From Eledone cirrhosa (taxonomy: Eukaryota): DNA of 64,000 nt. The stretch spans positions 270,444,001 to 270,508,000 of the forward strand of contig OZ024742.1 of the NCBI GenBank assembly GCA_964016885.1, read 5' to 3'. The translations under genes were made by a program, and so were the position numbers. Within the stretch, counting starts at the first letter, position 1. Every line of letters starts with the position of its first letter. Of the stretch, positions 27,918 through 38,985 are shown piece by piece. Under the pieces are notes generated by a model. The model was not told the origin of the DNA. It did no database searches and saw only the letters and a list, made by a program, of their open reading frames with translations.

Positions 27918-28295
27918 CGGTTTTAATGTAATGACTATGTCACTTACTACTGTTCGGCGAAAGAAGGGAGAGAAGTTAACAGTCTGTTCACGCTGATTGG
28001 CGATCATCGGATCCACGCCCCCCTGCCTCCTCCGAAAATTATTGAAGCTGGATTCTTATAGAATTCCAGGAATAATCAGGAGCTGATAATACAGAGCGAT
28101 TGACGGTCCAGCAAAAATTAGGTATTATGATTGGTGCTCTGCAATAGCGATGTATACATGAATGTCTGTATAGTATATTTGGCAATATACCTTATGTTTA
28201 ATTAAAAAATATTCAGAAGACCATACGCTATCAGTTTTAAAGTAGTGACTATGTCACTTCTTTTCGCCGAAAGAAGAGAGAGAAGCTGACAGTCT
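27918..28295 (-). mobile_element. Old relative of the retrozyme unit (about 1.2 units, period about 314 bp)
   Basis: Shares GCTCTG.AATAGCGAT, AGAGCG.TTG.CGGTCC.GCA.AAATTAG and CTTATAGAAT with the 311-bp unit; degenerate HHR CCGATGA..GAACAGACTGTT on the minus strand at about 27975-28015. Confidence 0.6.
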
Positions 28296-29611
28296 AATAT
28301 GTATATTTATATATATATATATATATATATATTAATTTCAAAAGCACTAAAGATTCGAGTCATTGTCTTATTGACATATGTTTCCGATTGCTTAAACCTT
28401 AGCATAGGGTCATAGAATTACAATTTCCAAACCTCAAAACTTTAAATTTTACCAATTTTAAATCTATAAAGTTTATAGTGATGCAATTTGACCTTCGGGA
28501 GTTGGTTCAATGTCTAAATCACCTGAGTTTATTTCTGCAGCTTCAATATTTCACATAGGTTGACAGTTCATTACTCATATATCATTCACTGTAACAGATT
28601 ACGTGAATACTCAAGAAAAATCATGATTTTGAGAAATCTCGTAAAACATTAGAGAATAGTCATTAACAAATAACGAATTAGATTTTGTTAATGTATTTAA
28701 AAAAACAACTTCCAAAAGCAATAGCTTCAAGGATTATTTATAAAGAGTTCGAGTGTAGTAGTGGTGTATGAATGGCAAGTTTTATGAAATCTGTAGAGAG
28801 GGAGGTTTTATATGGAAGGTATGTACGTGTGTATATCTGTTCTTTTTTTGTGTATATTCTTTTTTTTTTGTGTATATTCATTTCTGACGCTCATTTACAC
28901 ACACTCATTTACATACATGTAACTATACGTCGCAAATTGTGATCTTATTTGATTAAATTAACTATTACAGTAACAATATAACTTGTCTAATATAAATACT
29001 GGAAAACTTTAAAAACATTTAGCCCTTACACTGTCACTATGCAAAGATTGAAAGCGATACAAGAGTAAAGGTATGTATAATATTTAATTAAGACGGGATA
29101 TTGAAATGTTTGACATGACCTTCATCCCTGCACAGTGGTGTTATAAGCAGTAGTGCAATGTGCATATAACTGGTTCCACCCTTTACAACTAACATTCATC
29201 TGCCATAGGCAGGCAAACCGTTACGGTGACAGCAAGGTGTCGGATCAAAAGGTTTTCATTACGGTGTCCTTCTTTGGTGTAACGTTACTCGACAAATTGC
29301 GTAACCCGGAGATGAAAGTGTCACTAGAGAACCGTTACTTCTATGGCCGATACTATGGTCATGTGGTTACAATTTCACAGGAAAGAATCATCCCTGGACA
29401 GAATTTAAGGGCAAAACAAACCGGCAAGAGACCGAGGAGTAGAGATCGAGTTTGATAGTTCGATAACATCCATTATCTTGATTGGGGATCCAGCCGGTTC
29501 AGTTAGAGACGATGCTTCTGAGAGGACCCGCTGGATGAGTGTTTGACGTCTATGCCCCCAAGACACTCACTCTCAGATTTAAGTGGATGCAGAAGAATAT
29601 ATACATATGTA

Positions 29612-29718
<107 letters not shown>

Positions 29719-29727
29719 ATATGTATG

Positions 29728-29758
<31 letters not shown>

Positions 29759-29759
29759 A

Positions 29760-30250
29760 ATGATATTAAATAATGGAAACTATATTTATAAAACCACATT
29801 TATTCTATTATATATATTTCAAGGGTACCAAAAACTTTGGTACGCTACCATCGGATACAATACAAAATATTTTATAAATATTTGACATGACCAATGATAA
29901 TATACCTTAACGGTTCAAGTTACCCTGGAAAGTGAAGGGAAGAGAGAAAACAGATATTTTAAATTATTAATATGAGTATGCAAAAGAGGTTTATATTAAA
30001 GGGCTGAAAAAAATATAAAGCTCATTTGCATACTCATATTAATAATTTTAAATATCTGTTTTCTCTATTCCCTTCACTTTCCAGGGATAACTTGAACCGT
30101 TAAGGTATATTACCTTTTTCATGTCAAATATTTATAAAACATTTTGAATTTTATCTGATGATAGCGTACCAACATTTTGGTACCCTTGAAATATATATAA
30201 TTGAATAAATATGGTTTTATAAATATAGTTTCCATTTATTTAATATCATT
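29760..30250. repeat. Fold-back inverted repeat (about 235-bp arms) carrying an HHR in each arm
   Basis: Arms about 29760-29997 and 30012-30250; plus-strand core CTGATGA at 30155 and GAAA at 30188. Confidence 0.75.
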
Positions 30251-30377
30251 GAATATCAGAGACTGTTGAGTGCTCTGAATCAGTTATAAACATTCATATT
30301 TATTTGTTGTATTTCCAACAAATTAAATATCCCTTCTACTTATATATATATATATAATATATATAATACATATATAG

Positions 30378-30640
30378 AGAAGAACACACAAAAAGGCGTT
30401 TTGTTCTCAATTAAAAGGGATAGAGAACCACTATAGTGAAATATATGGGGTATACGAAAAGTGGAGAGAATACACAAGTATTAAGAGGTAAAAGACCCTG
30501 TTATAAACGTGGGTATTTTACATTTTTCCTCTTAATTACTATGTATTTGCTCCACTTTTCATAGACGATATATTCTTCACTAGAGTGATTCTCTACATCT
30601 TTTCAATGAAAACATAACCTCTTTTCGTGTTTTCTTCCCT
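30378..30640. repeat. Imperfect fold-back inverted repeat (about 120-bp arms)
   Basis: GAAAAGTGGAG/CTCCACTTTTC, TTAAGAGG/CCTCTTAA and AGAGAACCACTATAGTGAA/TTCACTAGAGTGATTCTCT. Confidence 0.65.
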
Positions 30641-30728
30641 ATATACTGTATTATTGAGAGTCCGGTAATTTTTTCCTTGAGCTCATTAAATGACAGGGAT
30701 TAACGCGTGCATTTAACTCCGTTGTTTC

Positions 30729-30780
<52 letters not shown>

Positions 30781-30798
30781 ATATATATATACTATATA

Positions 30799-31500
30799 CT
30801 AGCCGAATTACCCGCGTCTTGCTGCGTTTCACACATTTGTTTTGTAAGAAAATGATGATTGATTTTAAAATAGTGATATAATTTATGGGGAAAAACTCTG
30901 CATTTCAATATTACTCAATGTAAAATGTAATGCATGAAAAGTTGAAAAACTTTTTTTTGTAATGTATCAAATCAAAATTACATTATTAAATCTTATTCTT
31001 ATTTTGTTTCTTGTAAATAATTGTTTTCAAAATATCTTTTCAAACTTGATCATTTCGTTTTTATGTAAAGCATTATTTTCAAATTAGAAATTGAAAGTTC
31101 AATTATTTATTTTTTAACATAATAAATACAGGAAAATATATTTCATACTTTGTCCTAATGAAGAACTTCAGGGTAAACAACATTTCTTGTCTTTCTTTGA
31201 TTAACTAAAATATAGAGATTTTTTTGAATTTCCAGTCCTTGAAACAGCGACATAAACATGCCATGACTGAATCATGGGTTTGTCAGATCTATACGACTAG
31301 TTTTAAAATTTGACCGTGGCTCTTATTGATGCTCATGGCAAAACATGGCCTCACTGGAGACTGCAGCCTCTTAAATGTAAAAGGCAACTCGCTATCATTT
31401 GGTTTAAGTGGAATCCTTGGAATGAGAAGAACCTGACCTTTGTAAACCCCGAATATAATGGTTGCTTCAATCAAGTTCTCATGCAATCTTATTACAACAC
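30799..31500 (-). mobile_element. Helitron 3' part (Pif1 helicase C-terminus and CTAG end)
   Basis: NLIEATI...IPRIPLKPNDSELPFTFKRLQSPVRPCFAMSINKSHGQ...FSHG.VYVAVSR...NVVYPEVL. The minus strand ends with an eroded GC-rich hairpin, then CTAG (30799-30802) followed by T. Confidence 0.85.
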
Positions 31501-32811
31501 ATATTGTTCCATATATTGGCCCAAATCTTTCACTATAGGGTGTTTAACCCCCTTTAGGGTGTCTTAATATTATTGAAATGAAGCGCAACACCCCAGATCG
31601 TGATATCTAGCTGAACACACACTGAATTTGCAATCATACAGAACACTAACATATGCTTGTACATGCATACTCAAACATACAGACATTATTTGCACACATG
31701 ACACACATGACCAGGAAACATACACAATCTCACTCTCACGTGCACATACACTTCAACACTCCAGCGCTTATACACTCACACACATCACATATAGCCCAAA
31801 CACGTGCATCATATTCACCATACACAACATACACACATCGCATCATACTAACACTTACATATGTATCACAGCACACACTCATGTACAAATGTATACAAAC
31901 ACACACACGCGTGCGACTGTATCATTTTGTCCAGTGGTGTCTTCTTCACATTTTCTGTGTGTAGCTCTGTCGCTATCTCTCATGAAATATATACTAATGT
32001 CTCCGTGTTTAAACAGTTACAGTAATATATACAATATAAACGACTTTTGATATGCTTGGGTGAGTAACTACTCATATATACACATGAGCACACACAAACC
32101 AACTTACATCCACTAACACACACATTATCACACACCATATACATACAAACAATATGCTTACACACCATATGCATGCAAGCATTCACGGAAATAAACACTA
32201 CGTTCGTTTGTGTGTTCTCATATATATATACATATATAAATCATGTCTATTTCTCACGAGAGAAATTAATTTATTTTGCCGACACAATTGAATTTATCAC
32301 TTCCACGCAATGGACATTGTAACTCGCCGTTTATAGATTATTTCTTGAACAGTCCGCAGTGGCTAGGGCTATTCGCTATCACCGTATAGAACATAGTAAT
32401 AACTGAACTGAGCTTTTAAAATCAGCAATGCTGAATACACAATGAACTCCAATATCTTCATTCCTATTACCTAACAGGACGATCAGAACTCATCAGTATA
32501 TAGTAGTGAAACATACATTTGTAAGTTAATATTACCGCACAGGAAACTGGCGATCAATGCGTACATATGACAAAAATGGCGTCCTGTGAGGCGAACACCT
32601 TCATCCTTTGTGAGTTATGTCCAACATTTAATTGGGGGTACCTTCTGGATAATTTGTGATAGATGTGGATGTCTTGCTGCATTGATAACACAACTTTTAC
32701 TGACACAATGTTTGTATCGTATTTAGGTCCAGCATAAAATTGACAAAAGTTTATTGCGAATGTCATATGTTATATTCACACAATATGTTTCCATTGTTCA
32801 CGAAAGACAAC

Positions 32812-32968
32812 GTCAACCTTGGCGGGATTTGAACTCACTCCCTTTACGGTCTGAGTTCAAATCCCGCCAAGGTTAACTTTGCCTTTCATCCTTACGGGGT
32901 CGATAAAAATAAAGTACCAGTAATGTACTGGGTAATTGCTGGCCTTGTGCCTAAAGTAGAAACAATTA
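32812..32968 (+). mobile_element. SINE with short inverted 5' segment
   Basis: GTCAACCTTGGCGGGATTTGAACTCA is the reverse complement of the downstream TGAGTTCAAATCCCGCCAAGGTTAAC; the core and tail are intact. Confidence 0.8.
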
Positions 32969-34671
32969 TTAATTAAGTGTTTTGGCCACTAGTACAATGC
33001 AGCATAAAATCTGTAAAAATATATTCGTGAAATAGTTAAAACCGGTAACAGCTCAAAATTGATGAATGATTCATGAGCTTAAATGTTATCAATTCTATTT
33101 AGACATACATTTAGCAATTGATAACATTTTAAATTAGCATGTAGATTCCTGCAAATTGTTTAGAAACTATTAGTAAGATAAATATATGTGATAAATAGGC
33201 TAATCTATTTTCATCGTACGGAACACTATAAAATCACATTGCATTTCAGTCAATTAAGATATGAAAAAACATTTAAAAGCCTGAACTTGTCATATGAAGG
33301 GAGTCATAAACAGACATGTATCCCTTAGATAAAAAGAAATATGCGAGAAACATTATAACTAACGTCCATACAACACATCAACTTTGAGAATTGCTTTCTT
33401 TTGAAAATGTAATCCAAGATAGTCGAAATAATTTGTAACTTGCTATTAATAGTTGAACATTTCTATATTTGAAATAAGAAAATAAGAAATAGCATTGATA
33501 TTGCGAAGTGTCCATGTACGTTAGAAGGTTCATTAGTCTGTGTTTAAGGAATCAAATGATATAATGTAATCTAAATATCCTTGGTGATAGAAGATTTATA
33601 TGTTGATTTACTAAGCGGTTTAAGTATTTAACGTTGGTCCTATGCCCGAAGGAGGACCCCATTAACGTTTTGACTCTTATATTTGACTGTTATGTGTTAT
33701 ATTATAATTGTACTGCGTTTCACTGGATATGGTAGATTAGTGCTTCGGTGAAATAAGTGCTTAGATGAATAACTTCGTATTATAAAGCTATTCCGAATAT
33801 TAGTATATATGTATGTTTGTGTTTAAAATGAGTCACGAATTTACCAAAATAGAATATTTTCAGTTTCAATACATGTAATCAAACGAAATCTACTCCCTAA
33901 GAAATGTATTTAACTCTAACAGAAAAGTGTATATATTGAAAATGAGAGAAATTTCAATTGTGACACGCATGACAATCGGAATGTCATGTACATGGGGTGA
34001 GCACTTTACTTTTTCCATTATTATGCATTCACTTAAACAGGAAATATATACGATTAATCAATAAGGAAATTTATCAACATATTGTCAGAAACTAAACATA
34101 CTACTGCATACACACTGATGGCCATTTGACCGAATATCTATAGATATATAACACTACAAACACAACGAAAATGTGCAATAGTAGCTTCTCTCATAAGACG
34201 GAATTATGTACACCAGAAGCTCAAAAACCTTGAACAAATCAACCATAAGTGACCAGGCATGTGCTGGAAAGGTGAAAGATATGTTTCTCCGAGGATCTGA
34301 TTCATAAATGCCATACCAAATTAATATTTTTCTTCAAAACTTTCGAAAGATCAAAATGGCTTGCCTGTATTTTGTATTCTGATTCGGACAAGGCAGCAGC
34401 GGATTAGTCAGATGAAAATAAACGGAGTGGAAAATGAACTAACTAGAGATCAATAAAAAAGCAACAGAGTATGAAACCTGACCCCAAAAAGTCAGAGGAC
34501 ACTAAAACATGAATGAATGAAAGGCGGAAAGAAAACTATAGTTGATATGGCCAGCGATTAAAAAGATATTACCCAGCACTCCCATTACATCGACAGCACA
34601 ACCACAGGACATATACACGATCATCATACCAGTAATCAGCATAAGATAATACTACTATTACTGCTACTAAT

Positions 34672-34745
34672 AATTGTTTCTACTTTAGGCACAAGGCCAG
34701 CAATTAACGAGTGCATTAAGGCACTTTATTTTATCGACCCCGTAT
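34672..34745 (-). mobile_element. SINE 3' fragment
   Basis: TTGTTTCTACTTTAGGCACAAGGCCAGCAATT...TTTATCGACCCCGTA. Confidence 0.75.
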
Positions 34746-35379
34746 AATAAGAAACAATCAGTATATGGGTGTTTTGGTTTAATCCCTATAAAAATTGTGT
34801 TTGTTTCAAGCAAGTGAGTGAGGGCCTCTAAACGGTTGATTGACCTTCTGGAGGTGGCGGATATATATCTTTCAGGTCACATCACACTATCCTGAATTGA
34901 AGAAGGACCCTTTTGACGTTTTCTTCGGGCCCCAGTTTTGTGCCAATGCTGTATTAAACGGGGGCGCTTTCCGGGTGGAAATATGTGTTATGGTTGAGTC
35001 AACGAGCTTTCGGTTTGACATTTTGGTCGTAATTGTGCGTGGCATGTGTCCCGTGAACTCATCATATACAGGTTTTCTCCGCCAAAGTCTCTGATACTTT
35101 TCGTAATTTTTTAGTTTCGGCTTCCTCACTTCAGAGCTTTGGCATCATTCGGCTCCCGCTTTTCACTTTTCTCGAAATAGCCCTTTTCAATGCTTGCACG
35201 CATACAGACGGCATCCCTAATAGCACTTCTTCGTATCGGTGTATCTCAGGCTTCTTTTTTAATTTTTGATTTCCTCTCATATTTTTTTTTTCGAACTGGT
35301 ATCGAACTGGCTACTTTGGCTGTGTGGATACACATACAGCATTCATCTCAACATCATGCATACATTTACCCACAAACAT

Positions 35380-36615
35380 AGTTTACAATCCTCCGTTCGA
35401 GCTTGCTCACAAAGTCCTATTCCCAGTGGTCAGGGAATCTCTTGCCTTTACCCATATGACGTAAGATTTAACCTCCCACAACCCTGGGAGATTGTCCAAT
35501 GTCACTCGTGCACCACGCGCAACAGGTGCAAGAGAGGAAGGAACTGCTCCAACTTCAACAGCTTCTTCCATCTCTTGCTTCAAACTCACAAGACGAACGT
35601 CGGATTCCTTGCACCAATGACACAGCCCGTCACGGGCGACCGACCCAAAGGAGACATGAAACCAATCGACACGGATGAGTGCCTGGTGATGATCTCCCTC
35701 CTTAGGCATTCGTGGAGAGTCATCATGAGGATTCGGAGGTGAAACCGCACTCCCGTGGCTGAAGCGTTAGCGATTTCAATTGACAGAGCGCCTGACTCGA
35801 GCGATCCACGGGACGTGACCACACTGATCTATTGTTCTTCTCTCGTACTCGGGATACCATTGGAGGGGAACGCAACGTCTACAGACTTATTTGGCCCTTC
35901 CATGGCTCCGAGCTTCAAGGACAATGTCGCCACTTTCTGTGACCATTTGCCCGCGAGCACCTCGACATTCTCCTGCTACCCAATACACCACCCCCAATTA
36001 ACCTACGAAGGCACAACATGTATCCGGAGGGTGAGGTTTATGTGTCTATTTGTGTGCTCGCTTCAAGCGATGCTGTGTTCCGTCCATGTTTTGTCAGCGC
36101 TTCACTTCAAACACCCGGATACCCCTGCCATGATCAGAAACGCTCCAGCCCATGCCAGCAATCACTACCCTGCAGCGTCCGGCAAGGACATTGTAGCCGC
36201 CCTTAGATCTTGTCCGGGTAGTGGCGGAATAGACGGATTGCGCCTCTGTCACCTGATAGACCGCATCTCGTATCACGTGGCGGAAGCAGGGGCCCGATTG
36301 CTCCAGCCATTAATAGTCCTCACCAACTGTTTCCTCCGCATCAACTTGCCTAACTATGCCCACAATATTTTCTTCTAGGCCAGCTTGACCGCCACGAGGA
36401 AGAGTGATGGAGGCGTCCGCCCCATCACGTTGGGTAACTTCTTCCGTAAAAGACGACCTGAACTAAGCCATTTCCAGCTCGGAGCAGAAATAAAGTGGGT
36501 TCGTGAGGCCGCAGCTCATGCGAACGACACCTTATAGAGCACGCGTCTCCCTCGTCATTCGACCTCTTCACGAAGTTGGACGTTACTAGTGCATTCAAGA
36601 GCGTTAACTGGGATA
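35380..36615 (+). mobile_element. Degraded CRE-clade non-LTR retrotransposon, RT N-terminal part
   Basis: SGGIDGLRLCHL...ASLTATRKSDGGVRPITLGNFFR...KLDVTSAFKSV matches CRE-type RT motifs; contains stops and frameshifts. Confidence 0.7.
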
Positions 36616-37376
36616 CCAATCTAAAGATACCAATCCACCGTATGCAGTTCTCTGGTAACAATCAGAGAGATAAAATCAGAGTGTATAGAGGAGCCAGAAC
36701 CAAATGGGAAAAAATGGTAAATAATGACACAAATGGGACCTGCCCCTTATATAGGAGCACATTTTGGAATAGAATAGACAGAACTAGAAATAAGGCTAAT
36801 AGAATAAACTCATGGTATGATAACAATAAATACCAGAGTCTAATGTTCATCGATACAACCCCTAGAGGTGAATTAGTTTACAGATGTAGAAGGGCCCTAG
36901 ATAAACATAAACTCAATATTAAGAAAGTAGAAAGACCAGGTACCTCCATAAAAAGACGTATTAGCAAGACATACCATTTTCAAAGAACTCCCTGTATAGA
37001 TAAGAAATGTATAATCTGTAAATTAAGCCCCCATATTAACTGTAAAACTAAAAATGTAGTATATCGCATAAGATGTACTGAAGGACAATGTAGAGATAAA
37101 AATATAGTGTACATAGGTGAGACAGCTCGTAGCATAGGGGAACGGATAAATGAACACTGGCGAGACTTTCAAGATAAAAAAGAATCATCAATACTCCACC
37201 ATCATGCTAAAATAGAACATAAGGGCAAATTAGAGAACATAGAAATAAAAATAGAATCTACACACAGAAAAGACGCAATGTTTAGACAAATCACAGAGGC
37301 AATAAACATAAATGAATTACAACCAAAATTAAATAGAAAATATGAGTGGAACAGCAACATCACAACTTGCAATTAA
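36576..37376 (+). CDS. Penelope-like element C-terminal ORF: linker and GIY-YIG endonuclease (5'-truncated)
   Basis: PLYRSTFWNR, C..KKCIIC, CKTKNVVYRIRC...VYIGETARSIGERINEH...RQITEAININELQPKLNRKYEW. Open for about 250 codons; the first about 13 codons derive from the CRE element. Confidence 0.88.
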   Translation: MDVTSAFKSVNWDTNLKIPIHRMQFSGNNQRDKIRVYRGARTKWEKMVNNDTNGTCPLYRSTFWNRIDRTRNKANRINSWYDNNKYQSLMFIDTTPRGELVYRCRRALDKHKLNIKKVERPGTSIKRRISKTYHFQRTPCIDKKCIICKLSPHINCKTKNVVYRIRCTEGQCRDKNIVYIGETARSIGERINEHWRDFQDKKESSILHHHAKIEHKGKLENIEIKIESTHRKDAMFRQITEAININELQPKLNRKYEWNSNITTCN

Positions 37377-37829
37377 GGACAAAATGAAAACACACACGCA
37401 CATAGAACAAACACCCAATGAGTAACATGTAAATAAACAAATAAATAAACGAATATAAACACACACAGACACCCGGATGTAACACATGCGCAAACTAAGC
37501 ACACAACACACATACTAAAACAAGATGGCGTGGGACAGAACAAAGGAGAGGCAATAAAAAAACAAACAAAATAATCCCCAGACACTGAAGAGGTCACATA
37601 ATGTGTGACGAAATAACTTTGACAATATATAAACAACCATCTGGTTGTGGAACCAACCAACAACCGGAAATTTATAAATTCCTAAATTTATAAAATTATT
37701 ATAATAAATTGAAGTGAAACAGCTGGTGCGTGTGTTTCTTATTGGCAACATGACCCTCCCAAAGTATAACAATATCGGTTTCAACGCACGTTTTCAGATA
37801 AAGACACTTGCTAAACAAATTCAGAAACG

Positions 37830-37830
<1 letters not shown>
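37377..37830 (+). repeat. Penelope 3' terminal repeat (pLTR) with HHR-like motif at 37579-37625
   Basis: CTGAAGA-G-GTCACA taatg TGTGAC-GAAA-TAAC-TT-TGACAA; a homologous solo copy lies at 48675-49025 on the minus strand. Confidence 0.65.
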
Positions 37831-37861
<31 letters not shown>

Positions 37862-37866
<5 letters not shown>

Positions 37867-38517
37867 GAAATGGTGCTCTGAAATAGCGATATATATATGA
37901 ATGTATATATAGTGTATTTTGCAATATACTGTATGCTTAATTAAAAGGATTTCGAAGACCTTACCCTATTGTTTTAGAGTAGTGACAGCCTTACTCACTT
38001 TAAATTTTCCACAAACAGGTGGAGTACTTTGCTTGGATAAGTACCAAAAAGTACGAAACAGAGAGCTCTGTCAGCTTTATCTCCCCTGTTTGCTGAACAT
38101 TTAAAGTAAGTGAGACTGTCACTACTCTAAAACAATAGCGTAAGGTCTTAGAAATGATTTTAATTAAGCATACAGTGTATTTCAAAATACAATATATATA
38201 TACATTCATAAATATATCGCTATTTCACAGCACCAATTCTAATTTTCAATTTCTGCTCTAACCGGCAACCGCTCTGTATAATCAGTTCCTGATTATTAGT
38301 AGAATTCTATAAGAATCAAACATTCGTGATTTTCAGCAACAGGTGGAGTTCTTGGCTTTGATATGTACCAATCAATACGAAACAGAGCTCTGTCCGCTCT
38401 CCTGTTTGCTGAAAATTTAAATTAAGTGAGACTGTCACTACTCTGACCAATAGCGAAAAGTCTTCGAAATGCTTTTAATTAAGCATACAGTGTATTGCAA
38501 AATACACTATAAATCCA

Positions 38518-38520
<3 letters not shown>
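37862..38520 (+). mobile_element. Old retrozyme relative: about 324-bp tandem with inverted 5' segment and two decayed HHRs
   Basis: Shares CGCTATTTCA.AGCA, AATTTCTGC...ACCGGCAACCGCTCT, CAGTTCCTG and ATTCTATAAG with the 311-bp unit. GAAA-CAGAG(AG)CTCTG-TC at 38055 and 38379. 37862-38020 is inverted relative to 38085-38245. Confidence 0.7.
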
Positions 38521-38572
<52 letters not shown>

Positions 38573-38574
38573 AA

Positions 38575-38608
<34 letters not shown>

Positions 38609-38814
38609 AAATATGTATATCTAAATATATATATATGAATGTATATATAGTGTATTTTGCAATATATATATTTATATATACAATTTACTTTTAGTAGTTA
38701 CAGATTTTGATATACCAGATTTTCCAGTTTAAAATCCCCTCCCAGTATCATTTTCCTGATGTCAACACTGCTACACATAACATTTACTCAATAATGGATC
38801 CATATCATATTATT

Positions 38815-38815
38815 T

Positions 38816-38846
<31 letters not shown>

Positions 38847-38849
38847 TAC

Positions 38850-38891
<42 letters not shown>

Positions 38892-38904
38892 TATTATTAT
38901 TAGT

Positions 38905-38972
<68 letters not shown>

Positions 38973-38985
38973 AGTTGTTGTTGTT
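38815..38985. repeat. (ATT)n microsatellite, representative of many (TA)n, (CA)n, (GA)n, (ATAC)n, (ACT)n and (TTC)n tracts
   Basis: Directly visible; such tracts explain the IYIY, VCVC and poly-I ORFs. Confidence 0.95.

Noticed and set aside
31289-31486. Host PIF1 helicase exon
   Set aside because: It has stops and motif substitutions and is followed by a Helitron-type hairpin-CTAG end.
33769-33802. loxP-like sequence ATAACTTCGTAT...
   Set aside because: Only the left arm matches (12 nt); spacer and right arm are poor and there is no vector context, so it is probably chance.
34115-34145. CTGATGGCC...GAATATCTATAG hammerhead-like string
   Set aside because: The core is incomplete at both ends and no stem I is present.
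34887-35129. 80-aa basic ORF upstream of the CRE element
   Set aside because: No recognisable motif; probably an untranslated or degraded part of a repeat.
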